A stretch of 64,000 nt of DNA. Origin: Polyangiales bacterium (GTDB lineage: Bacteria > Myxococcota_A > Polyangia > Polyangiales > Ga0077539). The translations under genes were made by a program, and so were the position numbers. This document shows, one piece after another, positions 48,409 to 58,440 of the stretch. The stretch covers positions 288,001-352,000 of the forward strand of contig JBGARZ010000008.1 in assembly GCA_044229975.1 (NCBI GenBank). Direction: 5' to 3'. The notes beneath the pieces were generated by a model. It made no database searches. It was not told the origin of the DNA and saw only the letters and a list, made by a program, of their open reading frames with translations. Positions within the stretch are counted from its first letter, which is position 1. Every line of letters begins with the position of its first letter.

Positions 48409-48669
48409 ATGAGTGACCCGTTGGCCCACCTCGACGCGCTCTACCGCCGCACCGACTACGTCGTTCACCTGAAGGCGGGCGACCTCGTGCTGCACGTCGA
48501 CGTGGCCGACCCCGCGGCGGACGAGCGCCTGCGACGCGAGGCCGGGTGCACGAGCCACTGGGCGCTCGTCACGCCGTGCAACCCGCGCTCACGCCCGCTC
48601 ACCGCCGAAGAGAACGCCGAGCGCTACGAGCACTTTCGTCGATGTCAGGGTCGTGGTTCACAGAGATGA
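48409..48669 (+). pseudogene. 3'-truncated DUF3293-like gene
   Basis: YRRTDYVV..WALVTPCNPRSRPLTAEENAER, then an abrupt switch to unrelated sequence near 48633. Confidence 0.6.
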
Positions 48670-48978
48670 GCGCGTGGTAGTTACCGCTCCCGCGCAGCAC
48701 CCACCAGCTCGACAAGGTCTCTGGCCCCGGTGGCTCGGTGTGGAGCTTCCAGGAAGTTTCGTAGGTGTCGTCGTGCCAGCGCTCGTCCCAGAGGATCGTT
48801 CCGCCGATCTCCGCGAGACGCGCAGGATCGCCGGGCGCCAGCGCGACGCACGCCAGACAGAGGTCTCCGTCGGGGCCGCTTTCGGTCGAAGCAAACGAGG
48901 GCCACCGGCCCGGCAGAGCGCTGAACATCACCCGATACTAACGCCTGCCAGGTCGCCGACTCCGCCTCGGCACAACCG

Positions 48979-50565
48979 CTACGGGATCATCAGCGAGAAG
49001 CGCGCGCCGCAGTACCCGAGGCTCTCGTCGCCGGACGCGAGCTGCGACCCGCCCTCGTGGTGCCAGTACCAGCGGCTGAGCGCCGGGGAGACCGTGAACG
49101 AGCACATGTCCGAGAGGCTCATGTAGTTCGCGATGACGCTCGTGGTCCCGTCGGGGATGCGCGTGCGCACGATGGTCTGCGGGTCGCGCACGTACGCGAG
49201 GTGGATCGCCCCGCCGAAGAACTCCGCGACGCCCCAGAACGCCCACGTCTCGCAGGTGTTGAAGGTGAGGTCGAAGGGCAGCGGGCCGATCTCCGCGACC
49301 ACGCCGGTCGAGGGATTCACGTCGTACGCGCGACGGTTGGCGTAGAGGACGAAGCGCCCATAGCCCGAGAAGATGCCCGTCGGCGTCGAGCGACGAACGG
49401 GGATCGGGCGGGACAGCGGGATGTTCCGCGGCAGCAGCGCGCCGCTCACCGCGTCGACGAGCGCGATCTGGTTGATGACGACGGTCGTGTCGCCGATGGG
49501 CGCGCCGTCGGATCGCAGCGAGTAGACCTGCCCCGTGGAGAGGTCGGAGACGAGGCCGTCGTCGACGCGGTCGGTGGGCGTGGCCGTCAGCGTGAGGAGG
49601 TCGAAGGCAGCCGTGCGCCGGTCGCCCGTGTAGAAGACGCGCCGCGCCGAGATGGCGATGCCGCCGCGGTCGTCGCCGGTCGCCGGCTCGTGTGAGACGA
49701 CCCGGCAGCCCGAGCCATCCAACGCGTCGATGCGAAACGGCGCTCCCGTGGGAGGCGGCGAGACGCGGCAGGTGCCGCCGGTGCACATCGTCCCGGCGGA
49801 GCACTCGCGGCCGCAGCCGCCGCAGTTCTGGGAGTCGACGAGCGGGTCGACGCACTCGGCGCCGCAGAGGATCTGCCCCGCGCGACACGCGGACTGGCAC
49901 TCGCCGTTGACGCAGGAGAGCCCGACCGCCGCGCAGGAGCGACCGCACACGCCGCAGTGGGCGGGGTCGGAGCGCGGATCGACGCAGGCCCCGAAGCAGC
50001 TCATCGCGGGCGGCGCGCAGAGCGACTGGCACCGTCCGCTCAGGCAGACGCCGCCCAGCCCGCAGGCGCGACCACACGCGCCGCAATTGCTCGCGTCGCT
50101 GTTGAGGTCGACGCAGCTCACCCCGCAACGAACGCGCACCCCGCTACAGACTTCGACGCAGACGCTGGCTTCGCACACCGTGCCGGGGGCGCAGCGGTTG
50201 CCGCAGCCACCGCAGTTGTCGGGGTCGGCACGCAGGTCGATGCAGCGCACGCCGCACAGCGAGGTGGGTGGCACGCACGGGGTCATGCGACATGCGCCGT
50301 TGGAGCACGCGCTGTCGCCGCACACGGCGCCGCACGCGCCGCAGTTGAAGTTGTCATTGAGGGTGTCGACGCAGCGCCCGCTGCAGAGCGTCTGGAAGTC
50401 GGCGCAGGTGCGCGGCACATCGGGCGTGGGCGGGACGTCGGGGGTGACGGGGAGGTCATCGGTCGACGCGTCGGCGGGATGGTCGACGGGGTCGCGAAGG
50501 ATCGTGCGCGCGCCACAGCCAACGAGGACGCCCAGCAGCAGAAGGAAGCGAAGAGAAGTACCCAT
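48979..50565 (-). CDS. Cys-rich repeat lipoprotein (MXAN_6577-like repeats)
   Basis: Lipobox LVGC, five CVD..D..(N/H)CGxCGxxC repeats, C-terminal HEPATGDDRGGIA domain. Confidence 0.85.
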   Translation of the reverse strand: MGTSLRFLLLLGVLVGCGARTILRDPVDHPADASTDDLPVTPDVPPTPDVPRTCADFQTLCSGRCVDTLNDNFNCGACGAVCGDSACSNGACRMTPCVPPTSLCGVRCIDLRADPDNCGGCGNRCAPGTVCEASVCVEVCSGVRVRCGVSCVDLNSDASNCGACGRACGLGGVCLSGRCQSLCAPPAMSCFGACVDPRSDPAHCGVCGRSCAAVGLSCVNGECQSACRAGQILCGAECVDPLVDSQNCGGCGRECSAGTMCTGGTCRVSPPPTGAPFRIDALDGSGCRVVSHEPATGDDRGGIAISARRVFYTGDRRTAAFDLLTLTATPTDRVDDGLVSDLSTGQVYSLRSDGAPIGDTTVVINQIALVDAVSGALLPRNIPLSRPIPVRRSTPTGIFSGYGRFVLYANRRAYDVNPSTGVVAEIGPLPFDLTFNTCETWAFWGVAEFFGGAIHLAYVRDPQTIVRTRIPDGTTSVIANYMSLSDMCSFTVSPALSRWYWHHEGGSQLASGDESLGYCGARFSLMIP

Positions 50566-50739
50566 AGGGCGGCGAAGGGAACACAGACCGTCGACGCGCA
50601 TCAAGATCGCGGAGCCCATCGGCGCGGCCACGTCCGACCCGCCGTCGGCTTGACGGGCATCGCGCCCGAGGGAGAGCCTCGTTCGATGCCGTACCGCGAG
50701 CCATCGCTGAAGGCCCCCGCCCGAGGCACCGCGGCGGGT

Positions 50740-51250
50740 CGGTGTCTGGGTCGTCGCAGCCTCGCTGGCCCTGGGGTGCGGCGCTGGTCACCGCGCGGGT
50801 CTCTGGTCGCGCGCCCGCGGTCGTGGTCGTCCCGCCCGCGACGCCCCCCACGGAGCCCGTCATTGCGTGGGGCACCCAGCTCCGGATCGCGGACCGCCCC
50901 GCCGACGGCAGTCAGCAGATCGTCGCCGGGTCCATGCGTTTCACTGCGACTTCGGCGGGCCGCATCGAGGTGGCGCCGATGCGCTTCGAGGCGGACATCG
51001 CCGGCGCGACCCGGTCAACGACGGCTGGGTGTTCGTGACCATCGCGGGTGATGTCGCATGCAGCGATACCCTCCTCGGTCCGCTCCGCGCGCTCGGTCGA
51101 GTCCACGATCTCATCGACTTCGCGCGGCGTGACGGCGACCACGACGGGCGGACGCCTGTTGCTGGAAGCCGATGGGGTCCTTCGCCATCGACCGGACGCG
51201 CGGCGTTCCGATGCGCGCTGGGAGGTCGACCGTGCCGTCAGGATGAGAGG
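50740..51250 (+). pseudogene. Decayed lipoprotein gene with multiple frameshifts
   Basis: WVVAASLALGC lipobox in one frame; protein-like segments (IAWGTQLRIADR.., VNDGWVFVTIAG.., RLLLEADG..) continue in other frames; bounds approximate. Confidence 0.4.
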
Positions 51251-51462
51251 CAGACCCGGCGCGGGCGCCAATCGACAACTTCACCAGATATCCCTTGCGC
51301 GCTTCGGGTATTCGGGTATCTTGCCGGTCCCTTCGACCTGCGAGTTGCGCCATGCCCTGCTTCAACACACCGCTCTGACGACACGCCACCGACGATGCGC
51401 CATCCGCGCATCTCGGATGAGATCGCGTGCCGACGCGGGGGCGGTACAGGGTTGACCTACTT

Positions 51463-51491
51463 CGTAACTATAACGGGCCTAAGGTAGCGAA
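51463..51491 (+). other. Isolated 23S rRNA helix-69 region / I-CeuI recognition-site-like sequence
   Basis: CGTAACTATAACGGGCCTAAGGTAGCGAA matches the conserved bacterial LSU CGTAACTATAACGGTCCTAAGGTAGCGAA at 28/29 nt; flanks are not rRNA. Confidence 0.85.
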
Positions 51492-51755
51492 CTCGGGTGA
51501 CCGAGCTAGTCAGCGCCGGGCGCATCCCGCTTGCGGGCGTGTGCCCTGGTCTGCGCGTGTTGCAGCGCGCAGATCGCAGCGCGTGTCGACGGCCCGACGG
51601 TGTCTCGTACACCCGTCGGGCACGGACGCCGTGCGCCGTCGTCCTCCGCGAGGAGGGCTCATGGCCACACTGGTCAATCCGCCTCTTCCCCTCCGTGTCG
51701 GCCAGGGCGACGTTGCTTTGTCTTCAATCAAGTCGCCAATGGTCGCATTCGGGAC

Positions 51756-52397
51756 CTACGCCGCAGTATCAACGCGGCGCGCGTCATCGAGGTCGAAGCG
51801 CTGCGTAAACACCGTCGCGAAGCTGAACGCCGCCACCTGCCAGAACCACACGCTCGTGAACACGAAGCCGATACCCCCGGCGAGCAGGCCCACGAACGAC
51901 AGCGCCATCGCGGGCAGCACGATGCTCCACGCCTTCCAGTAGGCGACGCCCCCTTCGCCCACCCGCCGCAGCGCCCGGAGCGGATCGAAGATCTCGCGCG
52001 GGTCGAGCTCCTTGCAGTAATGGGACATGTACCCGGGGATCGCGATCACCGCGAGCAGCCACAACAAAGCCCCGACCACCACCAGTGGGGTCACGCGAAA
52101 CCACAGCCCGAGGGCGGCGAGCGTCACGCCCGGCCACCCGTACCAGACCATTCCCAGGAAGGTCATCGCGCCGTGCTTCAGGAGATCCTTCGGGTCGTCC
52201 CACGCAGGCCACGGCGTCTCCCCCCGGTGCATGCGATGAACGACCCGTATCCGATGGCCCATGTTCATCAGCCAGCCGACCACGGGTACGAGGAGCCACA
52301 GACCCCCGATGACGATGTCACGACGCGAGGCTTCGGACTGAAGCGGGAAGCGGAATGAGTTGCCCAGGGTGAGCCTGTCACGCAGGTCGATGGTCAT
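51756..52397 (-). CDS. DUF4013-like membrane protein
   Basis: SFRFP..IGGLWLLVPVVGW..G..PWPAWDD..LLKHG; 4 TM segments. Confidence 0.75.
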   Translation of the reverse strand: MTIDLRDRLTLGNSFRFPLQSEASRRDIVIGGLWLLVPVVGWLMNMGHRIRVVHRMHRGETPWPAWDDPKDLLKHGAMTFLGMVWYGWPGVTLAALGLWFRVTPLVVVGALLWLLAVIAIPGYMSHYCKELDPREIFDPLRALRRVGEGGVAYWKAWSIVLPAMALSFVGLLAGGIGFVFTSVWFWQVAAFSFATVFTQRFDLDDARRVDTAA

Positions 52398-52528
52398 GGC
52401 TCATGTTCGCAGAGACCCGGAGCAGACCACAGCGCGCGATGATTTCAACGCGATGTCAACCGCTCGTAGACAGCGCGCGACGCCCGTGCCTACGATCCGA
52501 AATCTGGATTGTCGGAAGGGGAACTTCG

Positions 52529-55324
52529 ATGCCTTCGCGCGCAGGTCTCGTCGCAGTGGGGTTCGTGTTGCTGGCTTCGTCGGGGTGTGCGGACCCTTCG
52601 AGGTTCGACCTGTCCCCTGACGTCGACACCGACGTGGCCGTCGAAGAGGACGACGCGCTGGTCGTCGGTGACGCCTCCGACCTCGACGCGGGCTCGACCC
52701 TCGACGCGCCCGACGTGCGACGCACGGACCGGGGCTTCATCGACGATGCGCCCCGCAAGGACGTGCCGACCGGCGACCGGGGGCCGATGGTGGACGTTCG
52801 CGTGGACGTGCCCACGACCGACCGCGGCTCCACGACCGACGTCGTCGCGGTGGACGTCTCCCCGATGAACTGCAGCCCTACGACCATCACGGGTGGTCCC
52901 CGCGCCGCGACGGGTTCGACCTCGACCCGCGACTCCCGGTACGAGGGCTCGTGCGGGGGGCGCGGCAGCCCCGAGGCGGCGTTTACGTGGACCGCTCCGA
53001 CGGCGGGCACCTACACCTTCGATACGGTGGGCTCGACCTACGACACCGTGCTCTACGTCCGCGACGGCATGTGCGTCGGGGCGGAGCTCGGGTGCAACGA
53101 CGACGGGGCGGGGATCAACCTGCTCTCTCGCGTCACCGCGAGGCTCGCCGAAGGTCAGATGGTCACCATCTTCGTCGACGGCTACGACGGCGACGACGGG
53201 AGCTTCGTGCTCAACATCTCGAACACCACCGACGCCGGGGTCGTGATCGACGTGCCGCCCGTGGTCGATACGGGCACGGACGTTCCGGCCGTCGACATCT
53301 TCCGGCCCGACGGTGGCCTCGCGCGCAACTGCGCCACCGCCGCCGACTGCAACGACGGCATCGCCTGCACCCTGGACGAGTGCCGGGGTGGCGTGTGCGC
53401 GCGCACCCCGAGCAACTCCCGCTGCGCCACCCGGGAGAACTGCGACGCGCTCCGTGGTTGCGTCGCGGCGCCTGCGTGTTCGACGAGCACGACCTGCGGC
53501 GACCTGGCGTGCCTGGTCGACGGGTTCTGTTCGTCGGTCGCGGTGGGCTGCCGCTACTACGCCCGCGACGATGACTTCGACTACTACCCCCCGCTCGCGT
53601 GCGGCGGCGGCGACTGCGACGACACCAACCGCGCGGTGTACCCGGGCGCCACCGAGCTCTGCGACGGCATCGACAACGACTGCGACGGACTGGTGGACGA
53701 GGCGGGCACGACGCCGTTGTGCCCCGGCGGCACCTGCACCGACGGCCGCTGCGTCTGCGCGGCCTCGGGGCTGTCCCTCTGCAGCGGGCGCTGCATCGAC
53801 ACGATGACCGACATCAACAACTGCGGCCGCTGCGGAAACTACTGCCCGTCGTCGTCCGCGTGCGTGGGCGGAACGTGCGTCTGCGGGACGGGGCGCACGG
53901 CGTGCAGCGGGCGCTGCGTCGACCTGCAGACCGACTACAACAACTGCGGCACCTGCGGAAACTACTGCGACATCAGCTCGACCTGCACCGCCGGGACGTG
54001 CCGCTGCTCGTCGGGGCTCTCGTCCTGCAGCGGGCGCTGCGTCGACCTCCAGACGAGCTTCTCCAACTGCGGCGCGTGCGGCACCACCTGCCGCTCCGAT
54101 CAGGTCTGCCGGGCGGGCGCCTGCTCGTGTCCCACCGGCTCGATGACCTGCGGCGGACGCTGCGTGGACACGACGCGCGACACGGCCAACTGCGGCGCGT
54201 GCGGGACGGTCTGCCCGGCCGCGGGCTTCGGGGCGGCGTGCCTGAGCGGGCGCTGCGGCTGCACGTCGGGCGTGCTGTGCGGCGACGGCGCGGCGGCCCG
54301 CTGCGTGGACACGACGCGCGACACCGCCAACTGCGGCGCGTGCGGGACGGCGTGCTCGGGCTCGCGCGAGTGCGTCTCGGGGCGCTGCGTGTGCCCGACC
54401 GGGCTCACCACCGTGTGCGGCACCACCTGCGTCGACACGGCCACCGACCCCGCCCACTGCGGCGCCTGCGGCCGCGCGTGTCCCGCGCCGGCGGGCGCCG
54501 TCGGCACGTGCGCGGCGGGCGTGTGCGGAACGACATGCGCCCCGGGCCGCGCCGACTGCGACGGCAACGCGGCCAACGGCTGCGAGACCGACGCGACCCT
54601 CAACGGAAACTGCGGCGTGTGCGGGCGCACGTGCACGAGCCCCGCGGCGTGCGTGTCGGGCACGTGCTTCACGTGCGGGACGGCGTCGGTTCCGCGGGTG
54701 CTGATCTACGGGCCGGGGGGGACGGTGTCGCAGCCGTTCTTCCCGCCGGAGTCGGTGGTGACCGTGGCGAGCGACGCGATGTGGCGCTCGCTCACGACCG
54801 CGGACTTCGGCGAGTACGACCTCATCTGGGTCGACGGCAACGCGTGCACCGGTGACGCCACGCAGTTCGATACGCTGCGCGACACGCAGGCCGCCTGGGG
54901 GCCCGCGGTGCGCGGGCGCGCGGTGGTCACTCCCTTCGATGCGGACCTGCACGCCTTCTATGGGGGGTCGACCTCGAGCGCGGCGCGGATGATCGCCAAC
55001 ACCGTCCGCTACCTCGCGGCGATGGGGCACAACGGCGCGGGCGGTCGCACGGGGATGTACCTGTCCTTCGGGTGCGTTCTGGAGGACAGCCCCTCGATCG
55101 TGTCGGTCTACGCCACGACCTTCGGCGCGGGGTTGGCCGCCACCGCGAGCTCCAGCACGCCGGTGCTCACGACCGCGGGCACGGCGCATCCGATGTTCGC
55201 CGGCGCCACGTCGCTGTCGGGCTACTACTGCCACGGCACGACCACGGTGCCCGCCGGGTTCACGTCGCTCATGACCTGCGGCTCAGGCCCGGGCTTGATC
55301 GTGCGCCACGTCGACTGCATGTGA
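52529..55324 (+). CDS. Large Cys-rich lipoprotein with PPC-like domain, MopE-related metal-binding motif and Cys repeats
   Basis: Lipobox SSGC, TYTFDT.GS.YDTVLYVRD, DCDD..VYPGATELCDGIDNDCDG, repeated CVD..NCGxCG. Confidence 0.86.
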   Translation: MPSRAGLVAVGFVLLASSGCADPSRFDLSPDVDTDVAVEEDDALVVGDASDLDAGSTLDAPDVRRTDRGFIDDAPRKDVPTGDRGPMVDVRVDVPTTDRGSTTDVVAVDVSPMNCSPTTITGGPRAATGSTSTRDSRYEGSCGGRGSPEAAFTWTAPTAGTYTFDTVGSTYDTVLYVRDGMCVGAELGCNDDGAGINLLSRVTARLAEGQMVTIFVDGYDGDDGSFVLNISNTTDAGVVIDVPPVVDTGTDVPAVDIFRPDGGLARNCATAADCNDGIACTLDECRGGVCARTPSNSRCATRENCDALRGCVAAPACSTSTTCGDLACLVDGFCSSVAVGCRYYARDDDFDYYPPLACGGGDCDDTNRAVYPGATELCDGIDNDCDGLVDEAGTTPLCPGGTCTDGRCVCAASGLSLCSGRCIDTMTDINNCGRCGNYCPSSSACVGGTCVCGTGRTACSGRCVDLQTDYNNCGTCGNYCDISSTCTAGTCRCSSGLSSCSGRCVDLQTSFSNCGACGTTCRSDQVCRAGACSCPTGSMTCGGRCVDTTRDTANCGACGTVCPAAGFGAACLSGRCGCTSGVLCGDGAAARCVDTTRDTANCGACGTACSGSRECVSGRCVCPTGLTTVCGTTCVDTATDPAHCGACGRACPAPAGAVGTCAAGVCGTTCAPGRADCDGNAANGCETDATLNGNCGVCGRTCTSPAACVSGTCFTCGTASVPRVLIYGPGGTVSQPFFPPESVVTVASDAMWRSLTTADFGEYDLIWVDGNACTGDATQFDTLRDTQAAWGPAVRGRAVVTPFDADLHAFYGGSTSSAARMIANTVRYLAAMGHNGAGGRTGMYLSFGCVLEDSPSIVSVYATTFGAGLAATASSSTPVLTTAGTAHPMFAGATSLSGYYCHGTTTVPAGFTSLMTCGSGPGLIVRHVDCM

Positions 55325-55367
55325 CCCGCCCATAGGGCGATCGACCTCCCTCCCTCTCGCGCCCGTT

Positions 55368-58013
55368 GTGAAGCCCACGATCGATGAACTCTACGCGCTC
55401 GCTCTCGGCGAGAACGGCCACGACGCGCGGCAGCAGCTCGAACAGCGGCTGCCCGAGCTCGACGGGCCGCGCCTCGCGGCGCTGGTCACAGCCCAGTGGT
55501 GGGAGGGCTCCTTCGAGCTGTCGCAGGAGCTGAAGGCTCGCGGGAAGGACGCGCCCTTCGACGAGCTCCTCGCGCTCACAGACGGAGCGGATGGTCACTC
55601 CGCGGCGTACGCGCTCTCGCGGCTCGCCGACGCCCCCGTGCGGGTGCGCATTGCGGCCGCAGCCACCGGGCACAGGTGCTCGCTTCGCGCGCTGCGCGGC
55701 TTCTCTCGTCGACTGCTGCGCGACGATGAGACGGCGCGCATCGTGTCAGGCGCGACGGCGCCGGACGGGTCCGTCGACCAGCCCGAGCTCTTCGCTGCGG
55801 CGGCGCGGGTGTTCCCGCTGCGATGGCGGCTACGGCTCGCGGAGGCGGCGCTGCGGCATTTGCTGACACCGCCGGGGACGCCGCGCTCTCGTCGCCCGGG
55901 CCCAATCAAGAGCCGGTCGCCGTGGACGGCGGTCCGGATGCAGCCGGCCGCGCGACTGCTCACCTCGCTCGGCGCGCGAGCTCCCATCAAACGCATGCTC
56001 GACGTCGTGCGCGAAGGACGACCCCGGCACGCGCGGCGGATGGCCGACGCGCTGACGCTCCTCGCCGAACGCGTCCCGGCCGCTCCCCTGCGCGCGCTGC
56101 TCGCCTCGCCGAACGACCGCCTCCGCGCGCTCGCGCTGCGTATCCTGGGCGGACGCCGTCGCGTGTGGAGCGCACTGCACGAGGCGGTCACCGACCCTTC
56201 CCCGCGGGTGCGGCGAGCCGCCGGCGAGAGCCTCTCGCGATCGTCCGATGCGCGCGACGTCGGGCGAGTCCTGTCACTCGTCGGCAGCCGAGACCGACGC
56301 GTGGCCGACGCCGTCGCCAACGCGGCCGTGGGCTATCTGCGACGTGGCGTGGGTGTGTCCGATGGAGCGCTGCGCGCGGCCTTCCGCCGGACGACGTCTG
56401 CCAGGACACGGTCGTTGCTCGCGCAGTGGTTCGTGCAGCGCAGGCTGAGGCCGCGGCGCAGCGAGCTCCTCGCGGCGGTTCGCACGACGAGGGAACCCAA
56501 CGGGGACGTACACACGGAGTGGACGGCGTTGAAGTTCGGGGCGCTCGTCTCCGTGCGCCGCGTCTGGCGCCTGCTCGACGACCCCAACCCCGCGGTGGTC
56601 CGCGCGATCCGTCAGATGTGCGGCTACTGGCTCCGGAACGGCGCGAGCGACGCGCTCACCGCCATGCTGTGCGAGACCGCCGAGGGCGCTGACCTCCGCG
56701 CGGAGAACGCACGCGCGGTGCTCTTCCATTCGCGACGCGGGCCCGAGTCGATCCGGCGCGCACGCGAGGCGGATCTCTCCGCCCTGGCCGACGGTCGGTT
56801 GCGGGCGCAGGCGCTCTCGATCGCGGCCGCGCTACGCGTCCGAGCCCCGACGACGTGGGTCGACGCTGCCCTCGCGGCCGCCGATGCGGAGACGGTCACG
56901 GGCGCGCTGCACCACCTCGCGCGCTTCCCCGACGCGGCGCGGTGCGAGGCGATGGCCCGCGTCGCGACGAACCCACCGCGGGGCCTCTCGATGTGGACGG
57001 CGCAGAGGCGGGCCTTCGAGGCGCTCGTCGCCGTCGGACCGGCGGCGGTCCCCGTGCTGCGGGCGCTCCTCGTTGGAGACCGACGGCCCGGTCGCTCGTC
57101 GGCGCCGCAGACCGACGTGCTGTTCGCGCTGATGGCCCTCGGGTGGGAGCCCGACCGGGACGCGCTCGTCGGCGTGTTGCTGGAGAGGGGCCTTCGCGAA
57201 GACCCTGAATGGCTCGAAGCCGACGCGGCGCTGCTGCAACGAGTGCCGGTGACGGAGGCGCTCGCAGCCCTCGACCGCGCGCTCGCGCTCACCGGCCGGG
57301 ACGCCTACTGGGCGGATGGCGTCGTCGAGGCGGCCTCGGCGCTCCTGCGTGAGACGGAGGACGAGCGCGTGCTCCATGCCCTGCTCGCCCCGCGAAGAAT
57401 CGGAGGCCCATGGCCCGCGAACGTCACCGACGGAGTCGCTCGGCAGGCGCGCTACATCACCGAGGAGCAGATCTTGTCGTGGCTGTCGTCGGAGGGTCAT
57501 CAATCCATGGCCCTGGACGTGTGCGCCCGGCCCGAGGCCGCGCGGACGGAGGCCGTGACACAGCGACTGCTCGACCTGCTCACCGAGGCGCTGAGCGGCA
57601 GCAAGCGCTACCGCGTGGAGGCGATCGCGCACGGCCTGCTGCCCGTCGCCGAACGGGTGCCCAGGTCGACGATCCCCGCGCTGGAGGCGGTGGTGGCGGC
57701 CGATCCCTGGCGCGTCGAGGTGGTCGCGCTGTTGGAAGCGATGGGCGTGCGCATCGCCGACGACGCGGCGCGGTCACGCGACGACCAGAGGGCCCGACGA
57801 GTCGCCCGCGAGGCGAACGCCGCGGCGGCCAGTCCGACGGGCCTCGCGCTGAGGATCGAGACGGCGCACGGGTTGTCCTCCGAAGAGACCGCGGCGATCG
57901 CCGACGAGGTGCGGGCCTTCTTCGACGGCGCCCCGCCGGGCGCGTGGCTCACGCCGATCGCCGACCACCTGCGCGCGGAGGCGCTGTCCGAGATGAGCGG
58001 CTGGCGTCCATAG
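55368..58013 (+). CDS. HEAT-repeat protein
   Basis: DPSPRVRRAA, LLDDPNPAVVRA, AAVPVLRALL repeats; 881-aa ORF. Confidence 0.7.
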   Translation: MKPTIDELYALALGENGHDARQQLEQRLPELDGPRLAALVTAQWWEGSFELSQELKARGKDAPFDELLALTDGADGHSAAYALSRLADAPVRVRIAAAATGHRCSLRALRGFSRRLLRDDETARIVSGATAPDGSVDQPELFAAAARVFPLRWRLRLAEAALRHLLTPPGTPRSRRPGPIKSRSPWTAVRMQPAARLLTSLGARAPIKRMLDVVREGRPRHARRMADALTLLAERVPAAPLRALLASPNDRLRALALRILGGRRRVWSALHEAVTDPSPRVRRAAGESLSRSSDARDVGRVLSLVGSRDRRVADAVANAAVGYLRRGVGVSDGALRAAFRRTTSARTRSLLAQWFVQRRLRPRRSELLAAVRTTREPNGDVHTEWTALKFGALVSVRRVWRLLDDPNPAVVRAIRQMCGYWLRNGASDALTAMLCETAEGADLRAENARAVLFHSRRGPESIRRAREADLSALADGRLRAQALSIAAALRVRAPTTWVDAALAAADAETVTGALHHLARFPDAARCEAMARVATNPPRGLSMWTAQRRAFEALVAVGPAAVPVLRALLVGDRRPGRSSAPQTDVLFALMALGWEPDRDALVGVLLERGLREDPEWLEADAALLQRVPVTEALAALDRALALTGRDAYWADGVVEAASALLRETEDERVLHALLAPRRIGGPWPANVTDGVARQARYITEEQILSWLSSEGHQSMALDVCARPEAARTEAVTQRLLDLLTEALSGSKRYRVEAIAHGLLPVAERVPRSTIPALEAVVAADPWRVEVVALLEAMGVRIADDAARSRDDQRARRVAREANAAAASPTGLALRIETAHGLSSEETAAIADEVRAFFDGAPPGAWLTPIADHLRAEALSEMSGWRP

Positions 58014-58044
58014 CCGCAGCGGACCCGGGACGCGGCCCCATCGC

Positions 58045-58365
58045 TCAGGTCGAACGTTGTGAGATCACGCCCCGCCGCTCCAGCGTCCGCAGCGCGGCGT
58101 CCGCGTCTCCAAAGCATTCGCTGAGCGCATCCCAGGACGCGGTGGCGAGCAGCCCCACGACCACGAGGCGCTCCGTGGACGGCGGCGACAGGTCCGTCCG
58201 GTCGCGGACGACGACCACGACGCAGGCGACGTCGTGGCGGCGGAGACACTCGCGCAGCACCTGCGCCAGGGCGTCGGCCGGGTCGACGTCTCCCCACGGT
58301 CGGCCAAGCGTGCCGGTGCCGTCGATGCGGTAGCGCGCGGGGGCGCCGGGGGTCACGTCGCGCAT
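58045..58365 (-). CDS. Hypothetical protein
   Basis: ORF filling the gap, ATG start preceded by GAGCGGAG; no recognised motif. Confidence 0.4.
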   Translation of the reverse strand: MRDVTPGAPARYRIDGTGTLGRPWGDVDPADALAQVLRECLRRHDVACVVVVVRDRTDLSPPSTERLVVVGLLATASWDALSECFGDADAALRTLERRGVISQRST

Positions 58366-58440
58366 TGGCTCCGCTCGTCCGCGCCGCGCGAAGGTTCGAT
58401 GGTGGTGAGCACGTTGGTCCGGAGCGTCACTCGGTGGAGG

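Noticed and set aside
51463..51491. 23S rRNA gene or group I intron
   Set aside because: The match is limited to about 29 nt; no flanking rRNA, intron core or LAGLIDADG ORF
3746..51510. A single translation-rescue supercluster (MutS2, RF-like, tRNA-likes, H69 mimic)
   Set aside because: The elements are many kb apart with unrelated genes between them; no evidence of linkage beyond theme
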